Origin: a virus
Strand: one strand, 5' to 3'
IMG/VR virus record: IMGVR_UViG_3300024259_000012
DNA length: 64,000 bases
Shown: positions 26,766-38,191 of the stretch, piece by piece
Numbering within the stretch: position 1 is the first letter of the stretch
Layout: every line of letters begins with the position of its first letter
Notes under the pieces: generated by a model
The model's input: only the letters and a program-made list of their open reading frames with translations
What the model was told of the DNA's origin: nothing
Database searches by the model: none
Translations under genes and position numbers: made by a program

Positions 26766-28843
26766 ATGTATAACGATTTTAGTGACTGGCAAGACATCGC
26801 AAGGGGAAACAAGTTTACCGTCGTCGAGATGGAAAATGGCGATTTCAAAGCTTGGGATGGAATCAAATTTCAGGGTTGGTTTGGCATGAATGATGAAATG
26901 GAAATCGGCGGGTACTTTGCTGATATGTTCCTCACTCCTGAAGAGAGAGACAGAATATGATGAAACGCTATCAAGTAATCAGAGGCCATAGGGGCGAAGG
27001 TTGGGATATCATTGACACCCGAATCGCACCGCTTGGGTTTGGTGGAATGTTTGGTGCCGTTGTTGAATGGGAGTATTATAAAGCTGAAGCGAATAAGCTC
27101 GCTCGGGTACTCAACAAAAATGATGCTAAAAATGCCAAGTGATTTGCTATATATTGGAGCATTTGTAGTCCTTGGATTTGGAATGTGCTATTTAATATTT
27201 AGGAGAGCGAACCGATGACCAAACTTACTATGAAAAAAGGAAATAGCCCTGGCATCGTGTTATATGATGAAGATGGTAAGCCCGTTCTGACTGTACATGC
27301 TAAGACCAGATGTGACATTTTCAGTGGCAAGGGTGCGGATATAATTTATGAAAAAGACAAGACAATAGAATTTGCACAACAAATAATAGAGGCTTTAAAT
27401 GGTTGAAACTGAATACATAGGTTGGATAAAAGAAACCAAAAGTGGTAAGTACCGTGGGGTCATTAGTTCGTTGCATGAAACTGGCGAACCCGACGGTGAC
27501 CGACTGCTTTACAAACAAGCAGAGTCTGAAATATATGAAGGGCTTGCTCAAGCACAATCCGATTTACAAATGCAATGTGATATGTCTCGGATAACACGAG
27601 TATATCTTGAACCAACAAAAGCGTATGAACATGCAATTGGATTGTATGAATCTGCGTTTCCAAAGGAGACAACATGAACTGGTGGAGCGGAGACCCAAAC
27701 ATTGAAAACCCGAAATTTCCATTTTTTACTATAATCATAGGTTCAATTTTATTAGTGTTTGGACTTACTACATTATTCACCTTGATTCCTGTGAATGATG
27801 ATATTGAAGTGCGTTATGTGGATTCATACATGGCACCAAGTGACCCGCTTGGACTTAATGGTGACTATACAATCATAGGCAAAACTCCCGCTTTAGTGGG
27901 AACCAAGAACGGGTGGAATTATATGGTAGCAAATGATTGCGATACTTCAGTGGTCTGGTTGCTTTGGGACTTGGACACCAACCTTCAAATCACATTTTTT
28001 AAACCAATGTTTTCAATCTCGGAGGATATGAAAAATGACTGATAATTTTGACAATTTGGCAAGTCACCTAATGACCGACGAAGAGGCGAACAACTCATGA
28101 TGACTGAATTCAAAAAATTAGGACTCACATTTGTGATAGGATTTGTATTGATTATGATACATGTGCTTATCAAAGAATTATTTAGTGACGGGTGGGCACT
28201 CACCTTTGTCATTTTAACATTGCTTGGTGCAATGTATTGGAATTCAATAACACGGGAACTCCCGAAGGACGGTGAAGAATGACAATGAAAGAACTTTCAC
28301 ATAGCCGACACTTACAAAAATTGTATTTGCTTGGTGCCGGATTTGTATTCGGTGCCGGAATGTTTGTACATTGGCTTTTCCCAGTTATTGCAGTCGCTGT
28401 AGCATTAATGTGGTTTCCCAATAATGACCCAATTGATAAGGAGCCGGTAGTATGAAAATTAAAACTACGGTTGAATTCACAAGAAACGATGGTGAAAATT
28501 TAACAGTCAATGTTGAATTGACAGACCATGATATTATGGAAGCGGCGATTGAAAAGGCTCTTGTTGACCATGCAGATGTACTTGAAGCTGACCCCGCCGA
28601 TGATGTAGACTGCACAATAACAGGAGCATTCTAATGAGTTTAATGGATGAAATTTTTGACGTGGAAGAGGCAGTCAAAGGAACTGAGGGCGAAGTACCAT
28701 TTGAACGAGTGATGAAATATTTCAATGAGGTTGAAGCTGATAGGGATGCTTTGCTGAAAATCTACAAAGTGTTGCGCAGAACAATTACGATTGCTGAAAC
28801 CCCTGAACTGGAAGACCTAAAGAAAATTATCCCAAGGTGGTAA
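26766..28843 (+). other. Run of ~11 small hypothetical early genes, mostly ending in TGA
   Basis: ORFs ending at 26960, 27142, 27218, 27406, 27677, 28042 and 28282 all stop at TGA, several in ATGA overlaps. Confidence 0.65.
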
Positions 28844-28849
28844 AATGAC

Positions 28850-28897
28850 TTGCACTTGGCCCCTCAATAGGTTAAATTAATAGCGTAATGAGAGAGG
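28850..28897 (+). promoter_or_regulatory. Early promoter element copy
   Basis: TTGCAC-17 nt-TAAATT-AATAGCGTAATGAGAGAGG. Confidence 0.75.
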
Positions 28898-28905
28898 ACT
28901 CCCAA

Positions 28906-29487
28906 ATGAATTTAACGAAACACTTTTCAAATGGCAACATGAAGATTGGAAAAGACACCCTGATTTTTAACATGGGTTCTGCCACCACTTGTGTTGCTAA
29001 GGAATTAGGCTTGTGTGCGGTCGCCAAAGATTGCTACGCAATGAAAGCTGAAATTCAATATCCCCAAGTAAAGCCCTACCGTGACCGTCAAGAAATTTTA
29101 TGGCGTGAAACTTCAGCGTCTGAATTTGCTGAAGCCGTCGTTGGTATTGCCAGCCGCAAACGTTCCCCAATTAAATATCTCAGAATGAATGAGAGTGGTG
29201 ATTTTGCGAGCCAAGCTGATGTTGATAAGCTGACCATGATTGCCGTGATTCTCCGGTCTCATGGAATTAAGACTTACACCTACTCTGCCCGAAGCGACCT
29301 TGATTTTTCCAAGCTCTCTGAAGTGGCGGGAATCAACTTTTCAGGTTTCACCCAAGAGAACAATGGAAACTCCTTCAATGCGGTTGAAGTTTTCACTGAG
29401 GGTGGCATCCAATGTCGGATGGATTGTCGTGACTGTCACATGTGTAAGACTTCCCAAGGCATCGTAATTGAAGTTAAGAAACACTAA
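28906..29487 (+). CDS. GP88-like phage protein
   Basis: GNxKIG, C-x6-C-x5-CYA, RMNESGDF, YTYSAR, C-terminal CxxDCxxCxxC...H. Confidence 0.7.
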   Translation: MNLTKHFSNGNMKIGKDTLIFNMGSATTCVAKELGLCAVAKDCYAMKAEIQYPQVKPYRDRQEILWRETSASEFAEAVVGIASRKRSPIKYLRMNESGDFASQADVDKLTMIAVILRSHGIKTYTYSARSDLDFSKLSEVAGINFSGFTQENNGNSFNAVEVFTEGGIQCRMDCRDCHMCKTSQGIVIEVKKH

Positions 29488-29501
29488 GAGGAGATTTACT
29501 T

Positions 29502-29846
29502 ATGTCAATCAAAACCGCAAAAACACCTCGGGGCATGGCAAGCGCAGTTCATAAAGTCATATCCAAACTCCAGACGCAGATGGGCGGTTCGCCCCAATAT
29601 GTATATCTTTGGAGTCCAGATGAATCTGAACAACGGGGTTACGGAAAGAATTGGTCTGTGTGTTGGGAAGAAGGCCCGTATGAATGGGCTTACTGTGTAT
29701 CAGCGGGTGAATTTTTCGGTGGTGAGGAATTTGCCATTGAAGCTGGCCGCAAGGGCAACCCAACGTGGGAAGCGCAAATGCTTGAAAACGAGCATGTTTT
29801 CTGTGAACCATATACCAGTTATGTACTTTGCTTTTTTAATCCATAA
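29502..29846 (+). CDS. Hypothetical phage protein
   Basis: WEEGPYEWA...EPY.S..L.F motif. Confidence 0.6.
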   Translation: MSIKTAKTPRGMASAVHKVISKLQTQMGGSPQYVYLWSPDESEQRGYGKNWSVCWEEGPYEWAYCVSAGEFFGGEEFAIEAGRKGNPTWEAQMLENEHVFCEPYTSYVLCFFNP

Positions 29847-30490
29847 AAGAGGTATGACATGAAACAAGAATTTTTAGATGAACTCAAAGCATTGCTTAAA
29901 AAGTACAATGCTGATATGTCGGCTGAACAGGAAATATACGAGGGTCCCATTGAGATTGAAGTGTATTTTCATGACACCAAGGATTCAATGTTCATTGGTA
30001 ATTATGTAGATAAGGAACCGACAAAATGAAAAACGTATACAATATAAGACATACCATTGATGGTCATCTCAGAACTTTTAGTACTGCCAAGAAAGCTTTC
30101 GCTTTTATTACGGACAGTCTTCATTTTACAGATGTCTTGACATTTGAAGGTGCGCAAATGACCTATGATAATGTAGCCGATGATATGAAGGACTATTCAA
30201 GTTCTGAAGTTTACGTGTATAATGTTGAGGGTTATTATGTCATCACTCGGAATCGGGTATGGTAACACGGATTACCATATGGGAACGGTATCACCCTGAA
30301 ATTGATTTGAAAACAAAGGTTGACTTGGGTGGATATTGGTCTCACAATCATATTAGCAATGGTTGGGAATTTGGATATACTCCGGAACCAAAAGCGGCCT
30401 CTCAAAAAAATGCTTGGGCGTCCGGATTATGGCGAAGTAAGTTTGGGTTCCTTCATAACCATAAGGTGATTTTACCTAAAGTTTCTTAGG

Positions 30491-31435
30491 TCAATTCATC
30501 ATTCGTTCTTCTAACGTATCTTCGGGCAGTTCATGCCTACCAACAACTTCTAAATTTGGGATAGCACCACTTGGGCATTCGCTTTTAGCATAAAGTTCAT
30601 CTCCAATATAATGACAAAAAATAGGACATTCTTTGCACATCTGAATTTTTTGATATTTAGTCATTTTATGTGATATTAGCCGGAAGAAGTCCAACGCCCT
30701 GCGATGCTGTTACGACAATTCCTTGATGATAACGAAGTGAGGTGTTGTATTGAGTTGGTCTATTCTTTGGAACTGTGAAAGTTGTGGTGTATCCAACGGG
30801 TGCAACCCAACTTGATTTTGCCTTGGGGAATTTAATCGCTAAATTACTGAACATCTCGTGAAGGTGGTCCATTGTTATTGCATCTGCATTATACGTTTGG
30901 ATGGATATTCCCATCCAATGGTGCTCACACTTTGAAAAATCTTTATTGTAGCCTGTAAGCTTGCCATTAATCATATGTCGCTTGCACTTGAGGCATTCTC
31001 TAATCTGTTTGTACGCCATACTGCTCCCTTACTAAATGTATCAGTCCTGTGAATATTGCACCAATCACCAAGATATCAAAAATTGTGAATGTCAGTAAAA
31101 ATGGCATTGAGCTTGCATAGTCCGCAAATTTAGTGAACATACCGTTCTTAAATGCGCCCTTGTAGGCCACCCATAGCATGAGCAAGGGTAGGCTATCACT
31201 TTGTAGTTTGCTAAGGTTTAAGACCATGTGTTGCCTCTTTAAATTCATCATGTGATACACACTTGAAGTCTTTGGAGCACGCTTGCTCATTTACGGTAAG
31301 TGGGATGAGACTGCCTATACGTTCTTCACCTGGATTATTAAGAATAACCTCATAGTAATCCTCATGAATTTTGACGCACGCCGCCTCGGCGGTGCAAGAC
31401 CTGCAGACCCAAACTTTTTTATATCGGCTAAGCAA
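30491..31435 (-). other. Three distant YKQY-like ORFs (30491-30664, 30666-31019, 31211-31435) plus a membrane ORF
   Basis: MTKYQKIQMCKEC, MAYKQIRECLKC..MING, SRYKKVWVCRSC. Confidence 0.5.
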
Positions 31436-31670
31436 GGATATCCACCGATTCTAATTTCTTAGTCTCAGTAGCGTCGGAAAATTCAGCGTCTTGAATCCTA
31501 TCACAAAAATACAATTGCTGTATCTTGTCATTTTTTATAGTGACTTCATAATTTCCAGTCCGTGTATAGACTGCAATGTTGTGCTCTTCTATGTATGGAT
31601 AAACACGTAGTATTTGATATGCTACGCCATTAATATTCATAACTTTCATTTGTGATGTAACCTTTTTTAT

Positions 31671-32048
31671 TTATTGTCCTGCTACTGCTCCACTACTGCT
31701 GACAATTAAGTATATAATACCCACAATCGTAACAATGCTTCCAACTCCTGGGACTCAGGCATACTTGATAGTAGAATACAATTTGGGCAATATTCCATCC
31801 TTGTCCGATGTGTCTTTTACTATTTTCTCAACGTCCGCTTTAATGAGAGATATGTTACTGCTCATTCCATTGGTGACCTTCGCCGTGATTAGTTTTAACT
31901 CGCCGGTCTGAACCTTCAGTTCATCAAATAGCTGAGTATTGACCTTCGTTTGTTTTTCAATAGATGTTATCAATTTATCATTTGAAGTGGCTGTTGCCAG
32001 TGTAACCACTTCTATTAATGTTTTTTTCTCATTCTCAGTCAAGGCCAT
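31671..32048 (-). CDS. Coiled-coil protein with C-terminal TM helix (possible lysis accessory); 1 in-frame TGA
   Basis: TGA at 31755; read-through adds VPGVGSIVTIVGIIYLIVSS...* ending at TAA. Confidence 0.6.
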
Positions 32049-32971
32049 CGTGGGAGTCTCCGATATTTATATATGGTTGTATGTGTCTGTATTCATATAT
32101 AAATATCAAAGACCGCATTTATATGCTCAATATAACATAATAAAATTTAATATAAATTTTATCGTGTTTACAGTTTGGTCACATAAACGCTAAGAAATAT
32201 CAATGCGATTACCACGATAACTGCCCAGTCCTGAGTTTTGAATTTCTTCTTAGCTACTACAGGTGTAGCTTTTTTCTTTGCTACTGTCTTCTTTTCCATG
32301 TCTTTCTCCTTGTATTTTGTTGTATGAATTTAACTTGATTTCCACTCTATCCATTGCTTTCCAAATCTCACCTATCTCTTCCATCGTTCCGATGTCAAGC
32401 GGTGTGTCGCTGAGTAGCATTGCATTCATCAATGCCACAATGGTGTGAACCTTCTTTAAATCTTTGTCCATTAGTATGCCGATGACCTTTTGCCACAGCT
32501 TTGACATATTTGATAGGTGTCCGAACCGGCACCATAAAAATCTTCGGATATAACGTGGTCGGTTTTTCGTCCACAGTCACTGCAATGTTCTTTGAACTTT
32601 TTGGGTTCGGTGATATCATCCCACGTTTCTTTCATTGCTTGGCCGATTCTCCAACCTAAATATTTAAGTCCCATTTATGCTCCATCTCCTATATTTTTTC
32701 TATCACATGTGTTGCACCATGCCTGTGTGTCGGTCATATTGTAGGAATTCATCGTTTCAATACATCTGTGAGTTGTGTCTTTTTTACATCGTGTGCAGTA
32801 AAATATGCTTTCATACGAACTAACTGAATCTATAAAATCACATACTTTTTCAAAAGCCCAACCGAATATTCCCATTTCTATCTCCTAACTAAATATTATC
32901 CAAATCACCATCATTATACACAATACAAATACAAAATCATCTTCATTGTCAAAGTCCATTTTCTATCTCCG

Positions 32972-33505
32972 TCAGTCTAAAATTACGTTAAAATTAATAC
33001 CATCATTCAATACGTTTACATAGACGCTGACCGTATCACCACGCTGTGTCAAGACCGGTGCAAATATTGTGTTGAACTCACCATCCGCATTTGACAATGA
33101 TACCGGATTGATAATTGGTACAAGGAATACTTCCTCACCAAAATATATGTAACTCGTGTCAATGGCAATATATGTCAAGTCGTCCGTATATGCATAGTCA
33201 ACCACATATCCGGCGGTGTCTGAAATGACCCAATAGAAATCGCTTTCCCATTCTGCTCGTATGTTTTCAACGGGCTTACCCTCTCGGTAAACATGTCCGG
33301 TGAACCGGTTGAAAGTTTGCCATCTATTATTGTCAAGGGTCATGTGAAAGTATCCATTGGAGTCCTGCTCCAATTGAGGGTCAACTTCAATGGTATATTC
33401 CACCATTGGATTTTCACAGCTTTGGAACATCATAACTATGATAATGAAAATAATCACTACCAATCCCCAATTTACGTTCTGCGCTATTCGGTCACGGCGG
33501 GTCAT
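32972..33505 (-). CDS. Putative lipoprotein
   Basis: Hydrophobic signal followed by FQSC; beta-rich body. Confidence 0.6.
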   Translation of the reverse strand: MTRRDRIAQNVNWGLVVIIFIIIVMMFQSCENPMVEYTIEVDPQLEQDSNGYFHMTLDNNRWQTFNRFTGHVYREGKPVENIRAEWESDFYWVISDTAGYVVDYAYTDDLTYIAIDTSYIYFGEEVFLVPIINPVSLSNADGEFNTIFAPVLTQRGDTVSVYVNVLNDGINFNVILD

Positions 33506-34039
33506 TATTTGCCACCCATGAATACCATTGCAAATAATGCTACTACTGAAAGCAGTTCAATGACCATAATGCACTTTGCTTGCAATTGCGTTATCTTAAT
33601 CATCCCAATACCTCGTCATCGTTTGACCTCTTCCAGCACCATCTATAATATATTTCACACCTGTGAGGGTGTCTTGATAGATTACCCATGATGGATATGT
33701 TGCAGAAGACATTTTAATTGGTTTGAACATTTCAGGAGCACGCTGTCGGTTTAGAATGTTTCGCACGCCTCTCTCTCGCTCACTGCCTTGGTTGGAAACA
33801 CAGGCTGTAATTGTGATGCCCGCCATAATAGTAATTATGCCCCACATGAGTCCAACATAAGTTGCTCTACTAAGCTTTTTCACTTTCTTTCCTTTTCTTT
33901 TGAAGGCGTTTTTTTGTTTCTTTTTTCTTCGTCGCCTTATTCATTTCCGACCATGATTTTTTAGGTGGTCTCCGTCCAAGTCGTTTCTTGGGAAGAGTCT
34001 TTTCTTCCTCTTCAAGTCGGTCATAATCTTCGTACTGCA

Positions 34040-34501
34040 TTACATTTCCTCGTTTTGTAGTTCGGTTCGTATCTTCATTAACAAGCGGCAGAAATCAGAT
34101 TTTTTCAACGACGTGTTGTTATTTCTACCAATATTGTGTGTAAGTTTTGAGTCGTTGGTTGCAAGCAACGCTCGCTTGCTTCCGTCGTGCTGTGTGAATT
34201 TAGCACGCAGGGCACCCTCGATTAATCGCAAGTGTTGGTCGCCGTGTGCTTCAAAGCCGACGCCTTTCCAAAACAGTTGCTTATGCTGTGGCCGGTTCCA
34301 CCACTTAGGACCCGAACCCCAACGCTTTGCGCCGATACCAACAAGCATACATCCATAGTGTTGAATGCCCTCATCCTTACGCTTTAACGCTTGAATGAAT
34401 CCTTCCATGCTTGCGCATACAACATTATCAAACACGAACGGAGATACCGCAAAGTTTGATAGTTGGCGTGCTGGCCATTTTGATTTGCTACCGATGTCCA
34501 T
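34040..34501 (-). CDS. T4 gp30.3-like NADAR-family protein
   Basis: LSNF..PF..D.V.C.SMEGFIQALK, QLFWKG, KF.Q...ALLAT..LTH.IG. Confidence 0.8.
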   Translation of the reverse strand: MDIGSKSKWPARQLSNFAVSPFVFDNVVCASMEGFIQALKRKDEGIQHYGCMLVGIGAKRWGSGPKWWNRPQHKQLFWKGVGFEAHGDQHLRLIEGALRAKFTQHDGSKRALLATNDSKLTHNIGRNNNTSLKKSDFCRLLMKIRTELQNEEM

Positions 34502-35153
34502 GATTATTTGGTGGAGATTAACTCCTGCAGTCGGGTCAATTCCTTTTTAGAATTTCCACGGCGGGTTTTGATGAGAGCAATCTGCTTCTCAGTGCTTCGT
34601 TTTGAACGTGCTACTTTACGTTCCTCTGCTTCTTCTCTGCGCAATTCTTTGCGCCATTTAAAATTTTCACGTTTCATTTACACGTCCTTATATTTGTCAT
34701 CCAATGACTTTGGTTTCTTATACTTGTTCAATTCTTTTGTAGCCCAACTGTCAGCAAGAAATTTAAGCAAAAATAAAAATGCAATCCATATTCCAAGTAG
34801 GATTGCGTTTTCAAGCAACCACACAATAGTGGGGTCATCTGATATTCTGCTCGTTATAAAGTCTAACCATTTCATTGCATGTAACTTAACCTATGTGATA
34901 CCCAAATGCAAGTATTATTTATACACTTTCCAATTTTCTACCAAATCTAAAAAATCCATCACTTCATATGATTTACCCTGTTCATCCAAAATTGTAACAT
35001 CTTGAATAACCTCGGGGTGCTTATCAACTATATAATTCAATGCTTTGAACCCGTCGTCGTATATGAATTTTCCAAGTGATTCCTCACCCAATATATTTGA
35101 TGAATTCATGGCGTCGCTCGTGGTATCGCCTGGAAGTAGAATGAAGTATTGCA

Positions 35154-35513
35154 TTATTTCACCACGTCCAATTCCAAAAGTTTCATCTTTGCAACGTGGA
35201 TGTTGCGTTCACAGCTTTCAATTGATTCTTCATGCTCTGAAATTATTCCTAAATTGAGGTCTATTAAGTTTTGCCAATACGATATAGGATATTTGGTCAA
35301 TGACCACCAATCACTTTCGGGTACGCCGGAGCCACCCGCCCACTCTATCGTAACATCCTCAGTAAAATTGCATGAGTGGCATTCGTACCAAGTTCTACCC
35401 ATGTCATATTCCATATTACTGGGTGCCGTGTTTTTACGCTCTACATTTGATGCTCCACATTTAGGACATCTATCAGGCTTGTTGTAATATTCAGGGTGCA
35501 TTATTTTATACAC
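35154..35513 (-). CDS. Zn-ribbon hypothetical protein
   Basis: CPKCG...ECHSC. Confidence 0.55.
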   Translation of the reverse strand: MYKIMHPEYYNKPDRCPKCGASNVERKNTAPSNMEYDMGRTWYECHSCNFTEDVTIEWAGGSGVPESDWWSLTKYPISYWQNLIDLNLGIISEHEESIESCERNIHVAKMKLLELDVVK

Positions 35514-35729
35514 AATTCAACTAAGGCAACCCATGAATCAAGATAGTCTTGGTCAGTCCACCCTTGACAATCGCCTGAAGATTTCATAAATCCAGTTATT
35601 TGCGTTCCATGATTGGGGTGCCATCCCTTTCCGGAATTTTTCGCTTCTCGCAAAAAATCAAGTCCGGATGTTCCCAAATATTGTTGTGCTTTGATAACCA
35701 ACATTGTTGGTATTGGTTTTTCTGCCATT

Positions 35730-35963
35730 TTATTTCTCCTTTAGTAATTCATCTACATCAATCAAATATCCATCTGGGAATTGAATACTTACAATATTTC
35801 ATCCACCAGATTCGTTTGATTCATATGTGTTGACCACACCATATCTGGTGGTGAATGAATATGATATTATTTCATCACCAATCTCTTGAGTGTGTACCAA
35901 CTTACAACCCACCGGAATTGGCAATCCATCATCCGGAAATAGTTTTTCAAAGGGACTGGTCAT
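35730..35963 (-). CDS. Hypothetical protein with 1 in-frame TGA (not in ORF track)
   Basis: Fills the gap exactly between neighbours; TGA at 35799 in GG[W]NIV. Confidence 0.6.
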
Positions 35964-36749
35964 TTAGAATTCCACCACGTCACCCATGCGGGCAATGCCT
36001 TTGAACCCATGAGCTTGAACATCTTCGTCGGTCATGTCAACACGCAAAGCATCTTGATAATGTGACAGATAGATTTTTGATTTGGTATTCTCATGGAGTG
36101 TACGCAAATCTTCATAGTGTGCATGAACCCCTGATTTCAGCGGCTTACCATCCATGTACAAGTACTCGGTGTCATGGAAAATTACATCTGCCATGTTGTA
36201 AAAGTCTTGAATCTGATATGGTGCATGTTGGGTGTCAAGCGTCAAGAAAATAGTCTTGTCGTTCTCGGTAATCAATAATCCATATGATGGAACGAACTGA
36301 AAGCCGTTCATAATATGAATTGTCTGCACAGGTTGCAGTTTAATACCGTTCCAATTAACCGCCTTGTTTACGTTCATTGCCTTGACATTGAAAAAGTCGT
36401 CAAGTTTACAAATCTTCCCTTGAAGTGAACCCATGCCTGCAGATAGTGCATTGTTCCAAAGGGGTGCTACCAAATCTTCTGCCAAATACATCGTTGGTCT
36501 TGGGAGTGTTGGGTTGAAGTATGTTGCAAATCCAAGCCATTCAAGGCCGCCGATATGGTCACCATGTAAATGTGAAATATACACGGCATCAATATCTCCG
36601 AGTCCGAGACCCGCTTCTTTGTATGCCCACTTTGCATCTGAGCCAAAATCAATCGCCAGACGTTTCCCATTCTTCGCTTCAAGCGTGTACATGGTATTGA
36701 AATAATTTTGTGAGAAAGCCGAGCCTTCTCCTAATACTGTAAGTTTCAT
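35964..36749 (-). CDS. MBL-fold metallo-hydrolase, Apyc1-like
   Basis: GxGSAF, IDFG, SHLHGDHIGGLE, VHAHYEDL, IYLSHY. Confidence 0.75.
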   Translation of the reverse strand: MKLTVLGEGSAFSQNYFNTMYTLEAKNGKRLAIDFGSDAKWAYKEAGLGLGDIDAVYISHLHGDHIGGLEWLGFATYFNPTLPRPTMYLAEDLVAPLWNNALSAGMGSLQGKICKLDDFFNVKAMNVNKAVNWNGIKLQPVQTIHIMNGFQFVPSYGLLITENDKTIFLTLDTQHAPYQIQDFYNMADVIFHDTEYLYMDGKPLKSGVHAHYEDLRTLHENTKSKIYLSHYQDALRVDMTDEDVQAHGFKGIARMGDVVEF

Positions 36750-37026
36750 AATTTATCCCTCGTGGTTTTCGCCTTCCATAATCTTTTCAAATATTGGAAA
36801 GGCTTCAACTAATTTGTCTGCACACTTCTCACAGAATATTCCTTCAATCGGCCAGTGAGATGTCATATTGTCATGATACATTCCCCAGCCACCATGGAAT
36901 GTCATGTGCAATGCCCCATCATATTGAAATCCACTCTTGATGGAGCTTTCTGCGTAATGTAACTCCGCATTGCAGTTATCGCAAGTACAATTTATAATTT
37001 CTTCGGTTCGTGTGACCTCGCTCAAA

Positions 37027-37194
37027 CTATGCTTTATCATTGGTGAACCTATCTGGATATAACTCTCAGATTTTACTCCGGATTGGAAATTTTATTGCGT
37101 ATTCAAGTTGGTGTACATATTTGTACACGTCAGACGTGACCTCAACCTTTATCATTTTACCGGTGGAATCTAATACATTTAGCGTTTGGTTCAT
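37027..37194 (-). CDS. Small hypothetical protein with 1 in-frame TGA
   Basis: TGA at 37066 in SKI[W]ELYPDRF; fills the gap between neighbours. Confidence 0.5.
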
Positions 37195-37563
37195 TTACTT
37201 GCTCCCTGTTAATTCGTCAAAATATTGTTTGGTGTTTCTCTGGATTGCCCGTTCTCTAAATATCTCTGAGCGGGCATCCAATTCTGCTTTGGTATATGTG
37301 TCAACCATGCTACCACATTTGAAACACACCTTCATAACTTTCATTTTTGATATGTTTCCGTCGTATTCATATCGTCCCGCCGGTGGTTTCGGCGGTGGTG
37401 GTGGATTTTTCATTGATGGAATATATGACCCCGTGATTGCCCCACTTGGGCTTATCCGATTGTTCCAAGGTGCTTTTTTATTTGAGAAAAACGACGTTCA
37501 TTCTATGTACCCCTCGGATTGCCGTAGAATATGTATTCGTATCCATCTACCTAATTTAGTCAT
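37195..37563 (-). CDS. Pro-rich hypothetical protein with 1 in-frame TGA
   Basis: TAATG-coupled start at 37563; TGA at 37498. Confidence 0.55.
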
Positions 37564-38141
37564 TATATAATAATCTCCTTCAAATGTCCAATTCTCAATT
37601 GTGGAATAACAAGCGGCTTGATACCGGTGGCTTTGTAAGCATCCAAACAGAACGATACGTCCTCACTTGAATTGTCTTGATACTTTCCGACCTTGTGTAC
37701 ATGCTGTCTGAAATATGGGTATTCCATTTCCCTGAATATTGATGAATGAACTTTACAGAATCCAAATCCGACGTAGCTGACTTCAACTGGGTCTTTCTTC
37801 CCAATCAATTCATCTTCATGCAAGAATTGCATACTGCCATTTTTCTCAAAATATTCCTCATTCCAATGTGCCACCATTGCCTGCGGGCTTCGCTGACCCG
37901 CATGGTCTTTAATGTACCAACCACTTGTGAATTTCTCGGGCCTGTCCAATAGCATTTTGACTTGACCGATATTATATACTTGGTCAGCATCAAACCACAC
38001 GAGCCATTCCGCTTGGTCAATCAAATGGTGGGGCTTTTTGAATCCGCCTCCACCGGTTGCTAAGAAATTTCTCGCATCAACATGTGTGCGATTTGCAACC
38101 GTGATAATCTGAGCGTCCACTTGATTTGCGTAGTCGTGCAA
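37563..38141 (-). CDS. GT-A fold glycosyltransferase-like protein (true start upstream, uncertain)
   Basis: WFDADQ, VSYVGFGF, EDVSFC, RIGH.K. Confidence 0.7.
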   Translation of the reverse strand: MHDYANQVDAQIITVANRTHVDARNFLATGGGGFKKPHHLIDQAEWLVWFDADQVYNIGQVKMLLDRPEKFTSGWYIKDHAGQRSPQAMVAHWNEEYFEKNGSMQFLHEDELIGKKDPVEVSYVGFGFCKVHSSIFREMEYPYFRQHVHKVGKYQDNSSEDVSFCLDAYKATGIKPLVIPQLRIGHLKEIII

Positions 38142-38191
38142 ATTGAGTAGCTGTGGAATCAGCTTGGCAGATATGTTATCTCCGATTGGAA

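Noticed and set aside
32972-32974. TGA stops at 32972 and 30491 as counter-evidence to recoding
   Set aside because: Both are followed within 3-5 codons by an in-frame TAG, so they are compatible with either code and are uninformative.
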